Source of the DNA: a bacterium
GTDB lineage: Bacteria; Zixibacteria; MSB-5A5; GN15; FEB-12
Direction: 5' to 3'
Length of the DNA: 64,000 nucleotides
NCBI GenBank assembly: GCA_043811375.1
Contig: JBDRNJ010000044.1
Coordinates: 1-64,000, forward strand
Numbering within the stretch: position 1 is the stretch's first letter; the number at the start of each line of letters is the position of its first letter. Shown here one piece after another: positions 19,782 to 30,471 of this stretch. The position numbers were made by a program, and so were the translations under genes. The notes under the pieces were generated by a model. That model made no database searches and had not been told where the DNA came from. It saw only the letters and a list, made by a program, of their open reading frames with translations.

Positions 19782-21059
19782 TCAACCGCGAATCTTGAGA
19801 AACCGCCTTTTCCCGACCTTCAGAATCTTATCGCGACCCGCTTCCAGAGCGAATTCGTAGTTAGCATCTGTAATCTTCTCACCGTCAAGTAAAACGGCGC
19901 CGGCCTCGATAAGTTTCCGCGCCTCGCTGTTGGAGCGCGATAAACCGGCGCGCGCCATCAGGTGCACCAGGTAAATTCGACCTGAATTCAGGTCCCAATC
20001 CGCAAGCTGATCGCTTCCCGCCTCAGACATGTCGGCGGGCAATTCCTTGTGAGTAAAAACACGTTCAAACTCCACACGTGCCGTTTTTCCGGAACCAGGC
20101 GAATTGTACATCTCCACCAGCCTTTCGCCCAACTCCTTCTTGATAGACATAGGGTTGATATCGGGCTGGGAAAGACGTTTTTTTATCTCCTCCAGTTGCT
20201 CCAGAGTGACGTCGGTGGCCATCTCGAAATACGGAGATATCATATCGTCAGTGATTGACATCACTTTGCCGAAGATTTCCCGGGGGTCCTCATCAATGCC
20301 GATGTAGTTGCCCAGCGACTTGGACATGCGCTTCTCGCCGTCGATTCCCACCAGCACCGGCAGAGTCAGAACCGCCTGTGGTTCGATACCGTAAGCTTCT
20401 TGTATCGTCCTCCCGGCCAGCAGGTTGAACTTCTGTTCGGTGGCGCCGATCTCGACGTTAGCCTTGATAGCTACCGAATCATAGGCCTGCATCAGCGGGT
20501 AGAACAACTCGTGAATGGAGATAGGAATACCGCGACGCATCCGGGTTTCAAAATCGTCTCTCTCCAGTAACCGGGCTACCGTGAATCGGGAGGCTAACTT
20601 CATGATGTCCGTAAAGGGCATCTCCTTAAACCATTCGCCGTTGAAACGCACTTCCGTCTTTGACTTGTCCAGAATCTTGAAAAACTGTTTCTGATAAGTC
20701 TCGGCGTTCTTCATGATTCTATCGTATTCCAACTGGGGGCGTGTGGCCGATTGACCGGAAGGATCACCCACCATCGCCGTATAGTCGCCGACTATGAGAA
20801 CGATCTGGTGTCCCAGGTCCTGAAACTGACGGAGTTTGCGGATACCGATAGTATGGCCCAGGTGGATATCGGGAGCGGTCGGATCGAAGCCCTGTTTGAC
20901 GCGGAGAGGTACATTATCGGCAATTGATTTTCTTACCAACTCCTCGAATTCGCCCTCAGGCAGGAGATCAACAGTTCCCCGGGCAATAATTTGCCACTGA
21001 TGGTCAAACTCGGTCTGGAGTCGACTGTCTTGAGCATCTGGCTTCAACGGCTTCTCCAA
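19782..21059 (-). CDS. tyrS: Tyrosine--tRNA ligase
   Basis: GFDPTAPDIHLGH, YPLMQAYDS, RMSKS and a C-terminal S4 domain. Confidence 0.97.
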   Translation of the reverse strand: MEKPLKPDAQDSRLQTEFDHQWQIIARGTVDLLPEGEFEELVRKSIADNVPLRVKQGFDPTAPDIHLGHTIGIRKLRQFQDLGHQIVLIVGDYTAMVGDPSGQSATRPQLEYDRIMKNAETYQKQFFKILDKSKTEVRFNGEWFKEMPFTDIMKLASRFTVARLLERDDFETRMRRGIPISIHELFYPLMQAYDSVAIKANVEIGATEQKFNLLAGRTIQEAYGIEPQAVLTLPVLVGIDGEKRMSKSLGNYIGIDEDPREIFGKVMSITDDMISPYFEMATDVTLEQLEEIKKRLSQPDINPMSIKKELGERLVEMYNSPGSGKTARVEFERVFTHKELPADMSEAGSDQLADWDLNSGRIYLVHLMARAGLSRSNSEARKLIEAGAVLLDGEKITDANYEFALEAGRDKILKVGKRRFLKIRG

Positions 21060-21220
21060 TCGTGCATCCTTATGGGCATATCGTCATATAACTGATAAAG
21101 GTTGACCGGCCTACCATGACCGGAACTTTTATGGTAGTTATAAAACCGTCGGAAAGCAACCGTGAGGTCCACACCAGGATTTATATATTGACTTGCCGGT
21201 AATGGAGTGACAAAATAGTA

Positions 21221-23380
21221 ATGATGACCATGAAGGTGAACCAGAAACAGTACCGGGCCGGGAAGTTAAGACGGCTTTTGATAGCACTGGCCATACTCAC
21301 CCTCGTCCTGGTGATAGTGGTCGGCTATCGTACTTATGTAGTTTATCAGTCAGAGTTGCCGTCGTTTGAGCAACTGCACAATATCGAACCCAGCCTCAAG
21401 ACAAAGCTGTATGATCGCAACGGTGTTCTGCTCAAAGAGTTCTTCAGCGAGAACCGAGTCCTGACGCCCTATTGCGATCTGCCGCCCCACCTGGTCGAAA
21501 TGCTGCTGGCTTCTGAGGACCGCGAGTTTTTCGATCACTGGGGAATCAACATGCGCCGCGTGTTCATGGTTGCTGTGTCGAACGTTCTCAAATGGGAAAA
21601 GGCGGCCGGAGCCTCCACCATCACGCAGCAACTGGCCCGCATGTTGTTCCTTACCAGAAAGCGCACATTTGAAAGGAAAATCAAAGAGGGACTGACGGCC
21701 ATCAAGCTGGAGAGGACGTACTCCAAGGAAGAAATCATTGAGATGTACCTCAACCAGTACTACTTCGGTCGCGGCGCCTACGGTGTCGCGGCGGTGGCCC
21801 GGGTTTTCTTTTCGAAATCGGTGGCGGAACTCAACATCAGCGATTGCGCCATCCTGATCGGACTGCTCAAGGGCCCCAACGTCAACTCGCCGTTTACAAA
21901 CCCCGAGAAATGTCTCAAGGCGCGCAACCGGGTTCTCTATTCCTATTACTCCGCCGCCGGGCTTACTCGTCGGTTGTACGACTCCCTCAGCCGGGAACCG
22001 GTGCAGATATCTCCCCCCGAGGAGAAAATCGGTATCGCTCCCTTTTATACGGAGTACATAAGGCAGTATATCTATGATCGGTACGGTGAAAGCACCCTGT
22101 ATTCCGGTGGCCTCAAGGTGTTTACATCACTGGATGTCGATCTGCAAAGAGCTGCCGAAGATGCTGTCTACAAGAAAGTCGACTCCTTGCGGGCGCGAAT
22201 TGAACGTACCTACTCTGTCGACAACCCTCACTACAGCGAGATATTGCCGGATACCGTCGACGAAGTCGGCCAGCCGATCCGGGCTCACAAGAAAATACAG
22301 GGTGCCTTTATCGCCATCGATAATGCCAACGGCGACATCCTGGCCATGGTGGGCGGGCGATCATTTGAGGAAACCAAATTCAACCGGTCGGTGCAGGCGC
22401 CACGGCAGCCGGGATCGGCCTTTAAGCCGTTTGTCTACACGGCCTGTATCGACAATGGTTTCCGAACCACCGACATTATCGATGACAACCCGATTGTTTT
22501 GGACATTCCCGGGACCAAACAGTGGCGACCGCACAATTTCGACAACAAGTTCATGGGTCCGATTACGCTGCGCGACGGTCTGAGACTGTCGAGGAACCTG
22601 GTAGCGATCAGGTTGCTTTTGAAAATCCAGCCGCAGCAAGCTATTTTCTATGCGCGCAAGATGGGGATAACCACGCCTTTGCCGGAAGTTGCTTCACTGG
22701 CGATTGGAGTCGGTGAGGTCAAGCTGCTGGAACTGGTCTCGGCTTTTTCCACTTTCCCCAACCAGGGCATTCATATTCCCTACCGTTCGATTCACAAGAT
22801 AATCGATCGCTATGGCCGGGTTCTTGAAGACAACAGCGCCGTGGAAAAAGAGGAGGTGCTGTCGGCTAAAACGGCTTTCATTATGGTCGATATGATGCAG
22901 TCGGTGGTTAAAGCCGGCACCGGTCAGGGATCACAATGGATCGGGGGAGGATTCAAGCGACCGGCCGGGGGCAAGACCGGGACTACTAACAATTTCTGCG
23001 ACAACTGGTTTATCGGTTATTCACCCCAGATTACAGCCGGTACCTGGATTGGATTCGATGACAAGACTTCAATCGGCAGAGGTCACGATGGTGCCAGAAA
23101 CGGCGTACCGATCTGGACCGAGTTCATGATACGCGCTCATGACTCACTGCCGTTGCTTGAGTTTGAGGAACCTGACGGAATAGTACATGCCATCGTTTGC
23201 CTGGAGTCCGGGGAGCTGGCCACCCAGCGCTGTCTGAATATTCGCAACGAGGTCTTCACCGAAGAAAGCCAGCCAACAACGGCCTGCCACCTGCACCCGG
23301 CCAGGGGGTTGCGGCTTTCAAATTCGTCACGAAATAACCAGCCGGCGCCACAGGATACTACCGGCCGCCGCCATTTTTAG
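21221..23380 (+). CDS. mrcA: Penicillin-binding protein 1A family (class A PBP)
   Basis: Glycosyltransferase motifs EDxxFxxHxG, GASTITQQL and RKxxE; transpeptidase motifs SAFK, SRN and KTG. Confidence 0.93.
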   Translation: MMTMKVNQKQYRAGKLRRLLIALAILTLVLVIVVGYRTYVVYQSELPSFEQLHNIEPSLKTKLYDRNGVLLKEFFSENRVLTPYCDLPPHLVEMLLASEDREFFDHWGINMRRVFMVAVSNVLKWEKAAGASTITQQLARMLFLTRKRTFERKIKEGLTAIKLERTYSKEEIIEMYLNQYYFGRGAYGVAAVARVFFSKSVAELNISDCAILIGLLKGPNVNSPFTNPEKCLKARNRVLYSYYSAAGLTRRLYDSLSREPVQISPPEEKIGIAPFYTEYIRQYIYDRYGESTLYSGGLKVFTSLDVDLQRAAEDAVYKKVDSLRARIERTYSVDNPHYSEILPDTVDEVGQPIRAHKKIQGAFIAIDNANGDILAMVGGRSFEETKFNRSVQAPRQPGSAFKPFVYTACIDNGFRTTDIIDDNPIVLDIPGTKQWRPHNFDNKFMGPITLRDGLRLSRNLVAIRLLLKIQPQQAIFYARKMGITTPLPEVASLAIGVGEVKLLELVSAFSTFPNQGIHIPYRSIHKIIDRYGRVLEDNSAVEKEEVLSAKTAFIMVDMMQSVVKAGTGQGSQWIGGGFKRPAGGKTGTTNNFCDNWFIGYSPQITAGTWIGFDDKTSIGRGHDGARNGVPIWTEFMIRAHDSLPLLEFEEPDGIVHAIVCLESGELATQRCLNIRNEVFTEESQPTTACHLHPARGLRLSNSSRNNQPAPQDTTGRRHF

Positions 23381-23386
23381 CTGGGG

Positions 23387-23530
23387 TCCTGTAGGTCGGC
23401 GTTCCGAGTGAGTCCGGCATCAGACGGACGAATGAGAAACCCGACATTTCCCTGGTGGGATGGGATCTTGTCAGGCTATTGTCGGGTTTCACGGTCGCCA
23501 GGGGCTCCCTGGGAACACCGACCTACAGGA
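23387..23530. repeat. REP doublet (REPIN-like, GTAG...CTAC type)
   Basis: TCCTGTAGGTCGGCGTTCC...GAAACCCGACA / TGTCGGGTTTC...GGAACACCGACCTACAGGA as an inverted pair. A related half copy lies near 39530-39576. Confidence 0.8.
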
Positions 23531-23545
23531 ACTGTCGGGCCGGGT

Positions 23546-23721
23546 GAGGCTGTCCCAAAAGGTAATTATTCTAACGCGCGTAGAGCGGGGGCTTGTCTCC
23601 CGCCAATAAAAGTGGCGATGCCACCGGCGGAAATAAAGCCCGCCGCTACGCGGGTTTACCGAGTGACGATTTATTAGATGTAACGTTAAGTGTACCCAAA
23701 GCTGACTTGTGGGACAGCCTC
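23546..23721. mobile_element. MITE (176 bp), copy 1
   Basis: Ends GAGGCTGTCCCAAAAG and CTTGTGGGACAGCCTC; near-identical copy at 39304-39479; internal inverted REP-like pair. Confidence 0.9.
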
Positions 23722-23804
23722 GAGTCACCCGACAGCACACCACCGTCGGTGGTGGCGGTAAGTCGGTTGCAACATTAGAAACTCTGAGGGTTATACAAAT
23801 ACAA

Positions 23805-23830
23805 AGCGACGAGGCCGAAACCTCGCCGCT
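23805..23830 (-). terminator. Probable terminator hairpin downstream of the OmpA gene
   Basis: AGCGACGAGG-CCGAAA-CCTCGCCGCT stem, followed by TTTGTATTTG on the minus strand. Confidence 0.5.
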
Positions 23831-23869
23831 TGGCTATTTGGATTCTCGATGTGAAATCTTAGGGAGTTG

Positions 23870-24460
23870 TTACAACTGCCCCCATACCTTCATTACCACC
23901 CGACGGTTCTGTGATGCCGCCTGGCGCTCGTCGGGCATGGCTACCGGTTTTTCTTCGCCGTGTGAAATAATGAACAACCTGTACAGCGATACCCCAAAAC
24001 GCTCGAAGAGATACCGTTTGGCGGCACCGGCTCGCTTCTCGCCCAACAGCAGGTTGTAGCTGGAATTTCCGGTACGATCGGTGTGACCGGCGATCTCAAT
24101 AACGGAACCGGGATGCTGTTCCATTGTCTGCCCGGCCTCATCGAGGGTGGTTGCCGCTACGTCGGTGATATCATAGCTGTCGAAATCGAATTTGATCTCA
24201 CCCGACCAGATAATCTGGTAGTTCTCATACCCTTTGGCCTCATTGATAGCCAGATCGGTCTTGTCCGACAGTTCACGGGCCAGCGACTGCAGCCTGGCGA
24301 TTTCAGTGGCGTTGCCGTCGGTCTGGTCCTTCAGTGTGGTGAGCTTGGCATCAGTTCGAGTCTCCGACTGATTGATCTGCTCCTCCACGAAGGCTTTGTT
24401 CACGCCGCAGCCGGTGGCAAGCAAAGCCAACCCGACTATTACAACCAGAGTTTTTTTCAT
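23870..24460 (-). CDS. OmpA family peptidoglycan-binding lipoprotein
   Basis: Lipobox LATGC, coiled coil, then FDFDS, GHTDRTG, NLLLGEKRA and NRRV. Confidence 0.92.
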   Translation of the reverse strand: MKKTLVVIVGLALLATGCGVNKAFVEEQINQSETRTDAKLTTLKDQTDGNATEIARLQSLARELSDKTDLAINEAKGYENYQIIWSGEIKFDFDSYDITDVAATTLDEAGQTMEQHPGSVIEIAGHTDRTGNSSYNLLLGEKRAGAAKRYLFERFGVSLYRLFIISHGEEKPVAMPDERQAASQNRRVVMKVWGQL

Positions 24461-24570
24461 GGTCCACATATCCTTTCTAAGGTCACACCTTATTTAATCG
24501 GCTTGCTGATTCAGAGGCCCAATTTATACGACCGACGCCGACAGGCAACAAAAAAATTGATACTCTCCGT

Positions 24571-25392
24571 CTATTGTTTGATTGCTCCGGCTGTGATTCC
24601 TGCAACAATTTGCTTCTGCATCAGGATAAACAGTATCAGCACCGGGATAACGGCTATTGCAGAGCCGGCCATCAGGTGTTGCCAGTCAATCGCCTGGTGA
24701 CCCTGGTACATTGCCAGACCGACCGGCAAAGTGCGCACTTCCTCGCTGGATGTCAGGATATAGGGAAATAGAAAAGAATTCCAATTGGTGAAAAACACCT
24801 GAATAGCCAGCACCGCCAGGGCCGGACGGCATAACGGCATGACGATCCTGAACAGTATTCGCAGTTCCCCGGCGCCATCCAGGCGCGCCGCTTCTTCCAT
24901 CGCCGGGGGGACAGATTCAAGGTACTGTTTGACCAGGAATATCCCTATCGGGTTGACCAGCCAGGGCAGAATAAGAGCCCAATAACTGTCGTACAAACCG
25001 CTTTTAACCATCAGGATGTACAACGGGATAATCAGCACGTGGGCCGGTATCATCAGCACTGCGATAACACTCAGGAAAAGAACCTTGTGGTACAGGTACC
25101 GGTAGCGAGCCAGCGCGTAGGCGACCATAAAGCAGAACAAGATGTTTCCCACCGTAACAACGATTCCGACAAAAAGCGAGTTAAACAGGTAGCGCCCCAT
25201 ACTGTGGAGGGAGAACAGATCGCTGTAGTTAGCCAGGGTAAACTCTGTGCTGACAATCTGTCCCATGCTGATATCGGCGCTGGGATCCATCAGAGACACT
25301 CGAAACATCCATGCCAGCGGGAAAACCATTACCGCCAACAGGCCGACCAACAGGATGAACCTGAGAGACCCCAGGAGGCGATAGCCTACCAC
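24571..25392 (-). CDS. Carbohydrate ABC transporter permease (MalG-like)
   Basis: EEAARLDGA (EAA motif) and WNSFLFP. GTG start chosen; the ORF extends to 25425. Confidence 0.93.
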   Translation of the reverse strand: MVGYRLLGSLRFILLVGLLAVMVFPLAWMFRVSLMDPSADISMGQIVSTEFTLANYSDLFSLHSMGRYLFNSLFVGIVVTVGNILFCFMVAYALARYRYLYHKVLFLSVIAVLMIPAHVLIIPLYILMVKSGLYDSYWALILPWLVNPIGIFLVKQYLESVPPAMEEAARLDGAGELRILFRIVMPLCRPALAVLAIQVFFTNWNSFLFPYILTSSEEVRTLPVGLAMYQGHQAIDWQHLMAGSAIAVIPVLILFILMQKQIVAGITAGAIKQ

Positions 25393-26255
25393 AGCGGCTG
25401 CCTCCTTTTCAAGAGTAAAAACCACAGTATCGAGATTATGGCGATAATGACAAACAGGATGTAGGCTGCCGCCGATGCATAACCGCTTTCAAAACCGGTA
25501 GTCAAACCGGTTTCGTATACAAAATAGACGGCGGTGGCAGTGTCGAACTTGCCTTTGGTCATTACGAAGATCTCTACAAAAACCTGAAAAGACTTGATGG
25601 AATTGATAACCAGTATGAACAAAGCTATCGGCCTTAACATCGGCAGAGTAATGGAAAACAACCGTCGCAGTGCTGAGGCTCCATGTATTTCTGCTGCCTC
25701 GTACAACTCCGGGGGGATCGCTTTCAGCCCGGCCAGGAAAATCAACATGTAGTAGCCGACCGACATCCATACGTCCATGGCCATGATCGAATAAAGAGCG
25801 CTGCCGCTGTCATATAAAAATCCGTTGACCGGCGGGGTCACGCCGACCAGGCGGGCCAGCAGTGCCACGTAGCCGCCTCGCTGGTACAGGTTGGTGAAAA
25901 TCAGGGCAATTACGACCATCGAAGTCAGCGACGGCAGGAAATAGGCGGCGCGGAAAAGCCCCCGTCCCTTAAACCGCCGGTTGACCAGCAGAGCCATGCC
26001 CAGCGCCACGACTGTCGTGACCGGAATCGTCCCCAGTACAAATATGAAGGTGTTCTTAAGAGCACCGATGAAGTCCCGGTCGCTCAACAGAGCCTGGAAA
26101 TTCGACCAGCCCACCCACTGGTAATCCTTGACCAGCAGGCGGAAATCTGTAAATCCCATCAGCAGTGATACGATCAGGGGCAGCAGCCAGAATGCCGCCA
26201 GAGTAGCCAGCCAGGGGATGGTTAAAGCCAGAACCGTTAATCGCGTGGCTCTCAT
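25386..26255 (-). CDS. Carbohydrate ABC transporter permease (MalF-like)
   Basis: LYEAAEIHGA (EAA motif) and 6 TM segments. Confidence 0.93.
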   Translation of the reverse strand: MRATRLTVLALTIPWLATLAAFWLLPLIVSLLMGFTDFRLLVKDYQWVGWSNFQALLSDRDFIGALKNTFIFVLGTIPVTTVVALGMALLVNRRFKGRGLFRAAYFLPSLTSMVVIALIFTNLYQRGGYVALLARLVGVTPPVNGFLYDSGSALYSIMAMDVWMSVGYYMLIFLAGLKAIPPELYEAAEIHGASALRRLFSITLPMLRPIALFILVINSIKSFQVFVEIFVMTKGKFDTATAVYFVYETGLTTGFESGYASAAAYILFVIIAIISILWFLLLKRRQPLW

Positions 26256-27466
26256 TTTTCCATAAGCTCAGTGATTTTCCGGCTCGCCTCCAATAGCGAG
26301 TGGGCTATCGGTCCCGATTCGAACAAAGCCTTTTCGACCGCCTCCTCAATGGCATCCTCCATATAAGCCCAGTTGGGGTCAACCGGCGGATGTTCTGACA
26401 ACGTGATTTGTTTGATGAACGTCTGCAAATGTATATTGGAGGTGAAATAGGAATCCGCCTGCGCTTTGATGCTTGATGGGTTGGCTGAGTGATTGGCGCG
26501 GCAGAAACGAAGCTGGTTCTCCGGCGATGTGATGAAACCGATCAGCTTCAGAGCGGCTTCTTTGTGTTCGGAAGCTTCGTTTATCGCCAGGAATTCGCCT
26601 CCCTGAAACGAACGTCCCGGAAAACCACGTCCCGGGAAAAGTGTCGTGACCAGATTAATCTGACTGTGTTCGGCTTCAATCCGTTTCAAGAGCCAGTCGC
26701 CGGATATGATAAAACCGATGCGGCCCTGAAGGAAGGCATCTTCTATACCGCGCTGATTGGCCACATAGCCACATGAGTCATGTAGTGCTTTATAGAGGGC
26801 CAGCGAGTGGATACCTTTCTGGGATGTAAGGAGACAGAAGCGACCGTCTTCAGAGAACAGATCAGCCCCGTAGGACCAGAAGAAAGGGAGGAACTTCTTG
26901 TACAAACGGTGCTTTTCGGCAGTATTGGAACCCCAGCCGTAGATTTCCGGACCCAGTCGATTGATTTTCATTGCTGCATACTTGAGATCATCCAGCGTTA
27001 TGGGTACCCAGGAAGTGTCCATTCCAGCTTGCGTTAGAAGATCACGGTTGCCAAATAGAACCCTGGTCCCCAGAATCCACGGTCTGGCGTACACTTTCCC
27101 CTGGTAGGCAGCCATACCCCAACCCTGAAATTCGCTGCTGTCGGAGGCAATGTCGGATGATATATCGGCCAGGTGACCGGTGGCCGCAAACTGAGCGATC
27201 CAGTCGGAACCGAGCTCAAGTATGTCCGGGCCGGTGCCGGACGCCAGGGCAATGACTATCTTCTCGTGTCCGTTGGCCCAGGTAAGATCAGTCAGTTTGA
27301 CCTTGATATCGGGATGGGCTTGCTCAAATTCCGTCACCATAGACGCTATCACCGGCTTGATATCGGGATCTGTCCAGAATTGCCACCAGTGAATTGTTGT
27401 TGCCGCTCGGGTTGTCGGCGACAGGATGACAAGTATCGTTGCCGCCAGGATCACTAACGCTCTCAT
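26252..27466 (-). CDS. Extracellular sugar-binding protein (SBP family 1)
   Basis: Signal peptide MRALVILAAT after RBS AGAGGTG; FEQAHPDIKV and GPDILELGSDW. Confidence 0.92.
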   Translation of the reverse strand: MRALVILAATILVILSPTTRAATTIHWWQFWTDPDIKPVIASMVTEFEQAHPDIKVKLTDLTWANGHEKIVIALASGTGPDILELGSDWIAQFAATGHLADISSDIASDSSEFQGWGMAAYQGKVYARPWILGTRVLFGNRDLLTQAGMDTSWVPITLDDLKYAAMKINRLGPEIYGWGSNTAEKHRLYKKFLPFFWSYGADLFSEDGRFCLLTSQKGIHSLALYKALHDSCGYVANQRGIEDAFLQGRIGFIISGDWLLKRIEAEHSQINLVTTLFPGRGFPGRSFQGGEFLAINEASEHKEAALKLIGFITSPENQLRFCRANHSANPSSIKAQADSYFTSNIHLQTFIKQITLSEHPPVDPNWAYMEDAIEEAVEKALFESGPIAHSLLEASRKITELMEK

Positions 27467-27579
27467 AACACCTCTTCTGTCCAAAGTCGTTTCTTTGATT
27501 ATAAGCAGAATTGCTCCGGTTGGGGTCAAGAAAAATCTTTTAGTTGATTGTGACGACATATCGATGTTTTTCGACTGGT

Positions 27580-28404
27580 ATGCTGTGGCATTTGATGGCT
27601 GTGGCCGCTCCCGTTGATCCGGGCTGGCTTGATCTCGACCGGTTACCGACGCTGATAGCGGCCCTGATTTCAATTTTAATCATCCTCTACGTAACTTACT
27701 ACCGGTCACGTCGGGGCGATTTCAAAATGCGAGAGATTCACGGTTTGAAGGCGGTCGAGGAAGCTATCGGTCGGGCTACGGAGATGGCCCGTCCGGTTCT
27801 GTATACTCCCGGATGGGGTGGTGATATTCAGCGCCCAACTACCATTGCCTCCATGAACTTTCTCAGCCACGTGGCCGACCAGACCGCCGGGTATGATTGC
27901 CGCCTGGTTTATCCCACTCACGACCCGGTCATCATGACGGTAGCTCAAGAAGTCGTACGCGAAAGCTATCTGAAAGCCGGTTACCCGGATCGCTTCCGAC
28001 CGGATGACATCGCCTATGTCACATCGTCGCAATTCGGATACGCCGCCGCCGTCGACGGCATGATCACCCGCTTGCAGCCGGCCTCGATTTTCCTGCTGGG
28101 GACATTTGAAGCCGAATCGCTGATTCTGGCTGAAACCGGAAACTCCATTGGTGCCATTCAGATCGCCGGTACCGACTCCACGATTCAATTGGCCTTTTTT
28201 ATTGTTGCCTGCGATTACACGCTCATCGGCGAGGAACTCTTTGCCGCCTCGGGGTACCTGTCGCAGGATCAGTCCATTCTGGCTTCAGTGCGCGCCCAGG
28301 ACATCTTTAAGGTATTTATCGCGTTATATATCTTGCTGGCCGTGGCCTGGTGCACGGTTGAAGTGATCAGTGGCCGGGCTGTCAGTGACTGGTGGAGGTT
28401 CTGA
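27580..28404 (+). CDS. DUF6754-like membrane protein
   Basis: IxGLxAxEEAIGRATEM, ESLILAETG...GAIQIAGT and DYTLIGEELFAASGYLS, recognised from memory as DUF6754. Confidence 0.75.
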   Translation: MLWHLMAVAAPVDPGWLDLDRLPTLIAALISILIILYVTYYRSRRGDFKMREIHGLKAVEEAIGRATEMARPVLYTPGWGGDIQRPTTIASMNFLSHVADQTAGYDCRLVYPTHDPVIMTVAQEVVRESYLKAGYPDRFRPDDIAYVTSSQFGYAAAVDGMITRLQPASIFLLGTFEAESLILAETGNSIGAIQIAGTDSTIQLAFFIVACDYTLIGEELFAASGYLSQDQSILASVRAQDIFKVFIALYILLAVAWCTVEVISGRAVSDWWRF

Positions 28405-29024
28405 TGGACCGCAAGGTTGCTTTGGGTGTCTGCTTTGTATTCGGAGTAATTATGTTTACTCAGTATTTCTCGCAGCACCCGACGACGCGGTTCGTCAATC
28501 AGACGGTCCTTCACTACTGGCAGATTATCTTTGCCTTCGCACTGTTGCTGGGCGTGGTCAGCGTTATCAGGAACAATGTGAAGCAACTGCGCCGGGGACA
28601 GGACCGCCTTAATCGGGTGGTCATACTGGCCGGGTTGACGGCGATGCCGCTGCTGGCTCTGATTTGGGGTATCCGGGCCGATACGCCGTTCATGTGGATG
28701 TTTGAGAATGTCCAGGCGCCGATGCAGTCCACCGTCTTTGCCCTGCTGGCCTTTTTTGTAGCCTCGGCCTCTTTTCGTGGTTTCCGTGCTCGCTCGTTTC
28801 CGGCTACGGTGCTGCTGCTGTCGGCTCTGATCATCTTACTCAGCCGCAGCGCAGTGGGCTCCGCCGTGTACTCAGGCCTGCCTGATCTGGCCGACTGGAT
28901 TCGCAACTATCCCTCAATGTCGGCCCGGCGGGCCATTCTGATCGGTATCGGCCTCGGTTCGGTGACCACCTCGTTACGGGTAATTCTGGGCATTGAACGC
29001 ACCTGGCTGGGAGGGAAAAGATGA
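28404..29024 (+). CDS. Conserved hypothetical membrane protein (DUF6754 operon gene 2)
   Basis: TGATG coupling to the previous gene; about 6 TMs; STVFALLAFFVASASFRGFR and RAILIGIGLG...LRVILGIER. Confidence 0.8.
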   Translation: MDRKVALGVCFVFGVIMFTQYFSQHPTTRFVNQTVLHYWQIIFAFALLLGVVSVIRNNVKQLRRGQDRLNRVVILAGLTAMPLLALIWGIRADTPFMWMFENVQAPMQSTVFALLAFFVASASFRGFRARSFPATVLLLSALIILLSRSAVGSAVYSGLPDLADWIRNYPSMSARRAILIGIGLGSVTTSLRVILGIERTWLGGKR

Positions 29025-29830
29025 AACGACCGGCAACTCGCCACTGGATCTTTTTGGGACTGTTTGTCTGTATTGCCGTCGTGATGATGCTTGATATCCA
29101 ACTGGAGATGCCGGTATCCGACCAGACTCGACGAGTTTACAACTTCATCGACTCCCTGCCGCCCGGTTCGGCCCTGATGATTTCTTTCGATCATGAAGCC
29201 TCATCGTTGCCGGAGATACACCCCATTGGACAGGCGTTGCTGCGCCATGCCTTTGCCCGGGGCCATCGGTTGATCGGCGTAGCGCTGCTGGCCGAAGGTA
29301 CCGTTATCGGCTACCGCTTAATGCAAAACACCGCCGCCGAGTATGATCGCCGGTATGGCCGCGACTTCGTCTACCTGGGCTTCAAGCCACAGTATATTGC
29401 CGCTATTCTGGCTATGGGAGAGTCCATCCCGGAGACCTTCCCTCAGGATTACTGCGGACGACCGTACCACGAATATGAAATTCTCAAAGATATCGCCAAC
29501 TACGATGACCTGGCTGCGGTTATCTCCATCACCGATGGTTCACTCACCACGCACTGGATGGAGTATGGCGGCAGTCGCTATGGAGTGCGCGTCCTGTCTG
29601 GCATGACGGCCGCCATGATGACTACTTTCGACCCCTATGTCGCTTCCGGCCAGATGTACGGCCTGGTTGGCGGCCTGCGCGGCGCGGCTGAATATGAACA
29701 ACTGATTCAACGCAGCGGGGGAGGGGCGCGCGGTATGCTGGCCCAGACCACTGCCCATCTGTACGTGATCGCCCTGGTGCTGGTGGGTAACTTTATTTAT
29801 TTCAGAAACCGGCGCCGGAAGTCAACATGA
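29021..29830 (+). CDS. Conserved hypothetical membrane-anchored protein (DUF6754 operon gene 3)
   Basis: ATGA overlap; N- and C-terminal TMs around a soluble alpha/beta domain; PYVASGQ..GLVGGLRGAAEYE. Confidence 0.8.
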   Translation: MKRPATRHWIFLGLFVCIAVVMMLDIQLEMPVSDQTRRVYNFIDSLPPGSALMISFDHEASSLPEIHPIGQALLRHAFARGHRLIGVALLAEGTVIGYRLMQNTAAEYDRRYGRDFVYLGFKPQYIAAILAMGESIPETFPQDYCGRPYHEYEILKDIANYDDLAAVISITDGSLTTHWMEYGGSRYGVRVLSGMTAAMMTTFDPYVASGQMYGLVGGLRGAAEYEQLIQRSGGGARGMLAQTTAHLYVIALVLVGNFIYFRNRRRKST

Positions 29831-30444
29831 GTGATCCTTCAACTATAGTGGCCGGGCTGTTGACGATTGCCATCCTGTCATTCCTGTATCGGGACAACCC
29901 GGTCTACAAGTTGGCCGAGTCATTGCTGATTGGTGTCTCAATCGGTTACACGCTGGTGGTAGTCTGGACCGGTACCATCATGGACCTGCTGTTGACACCA
30001 CTGGTGCAGGACAGCCGTCCGGCTCTTGTTGTACCGTTGTTGCTGGGCCTGCTGATGTTCAGTCGCTTCCTGCGTCAGACGGCTTTCCTGTCACGGATAC
30101 CGATCGCCGTCATGATCGGTTCCGGCGCCGGGGTGGCGATCCCGGTCATGCTCGAAGCCCGCACACTGAAACAGATGTCGGCCACGGTAGCGCCATTGAT
30201 TTCTGAGTCGGGCCTGCCGGACCTGTCGGCCATAGTCGTCGTGGTGGGTGTGTTAACCACTCTATCGTACTTCTATTTCAGCCGCGAACACCGGGGGGTA
30301 CTGGGCGTATCGGCCGGAATCGGCACTTACTTTCTGATGATATTCTTTGGCGCCACCTTTGGGTACACCGTGATGTCGCGCATGTCCACCTTCATCGGCC
30401 GGATGGAATTCCTGCTGACCGATTTCCTGCGACTGACCGGCTGA
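29827..30444 (+). CDS. Conserved hypothetical membrane protein (DUF6754 operon gene 4)
   Basis: ATGA overlap; SFLYRDNPVYKLAE and FLMIFFGATFGYTVMSR; about 6 TMs. Confidence 0.8.
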   Translation: MSDPSTIVAGLLTIAILSFLYRDNPVYKLAESLLIGVSIGYTLVVVWTGTIMDLLLTPLVQDSRPALVVPLLLGLLMFSRFLRQTAFLSRIPIAVMIGSGAGVAIPVMLEARTLKQMSATVAPLISESGLPDLSAIVVVVGVLTTLSYFYFSREHRGVLGVSAGIGTYFLMIFFGATFGYTVMSRMSTFIGRMEFLLTDFLRLTG

Positions 30445-30471
30445 AGGCATCAGGGAGATATGTAACCGGTG

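Noticed and set aside
23408..23778. ORFs over the repeats (also 30624-30912, 39128-39316 and 49181-49730)
   Set aside because: They are translations of REP/MITE sequence; the shared peptides reflect the DNA repeat.
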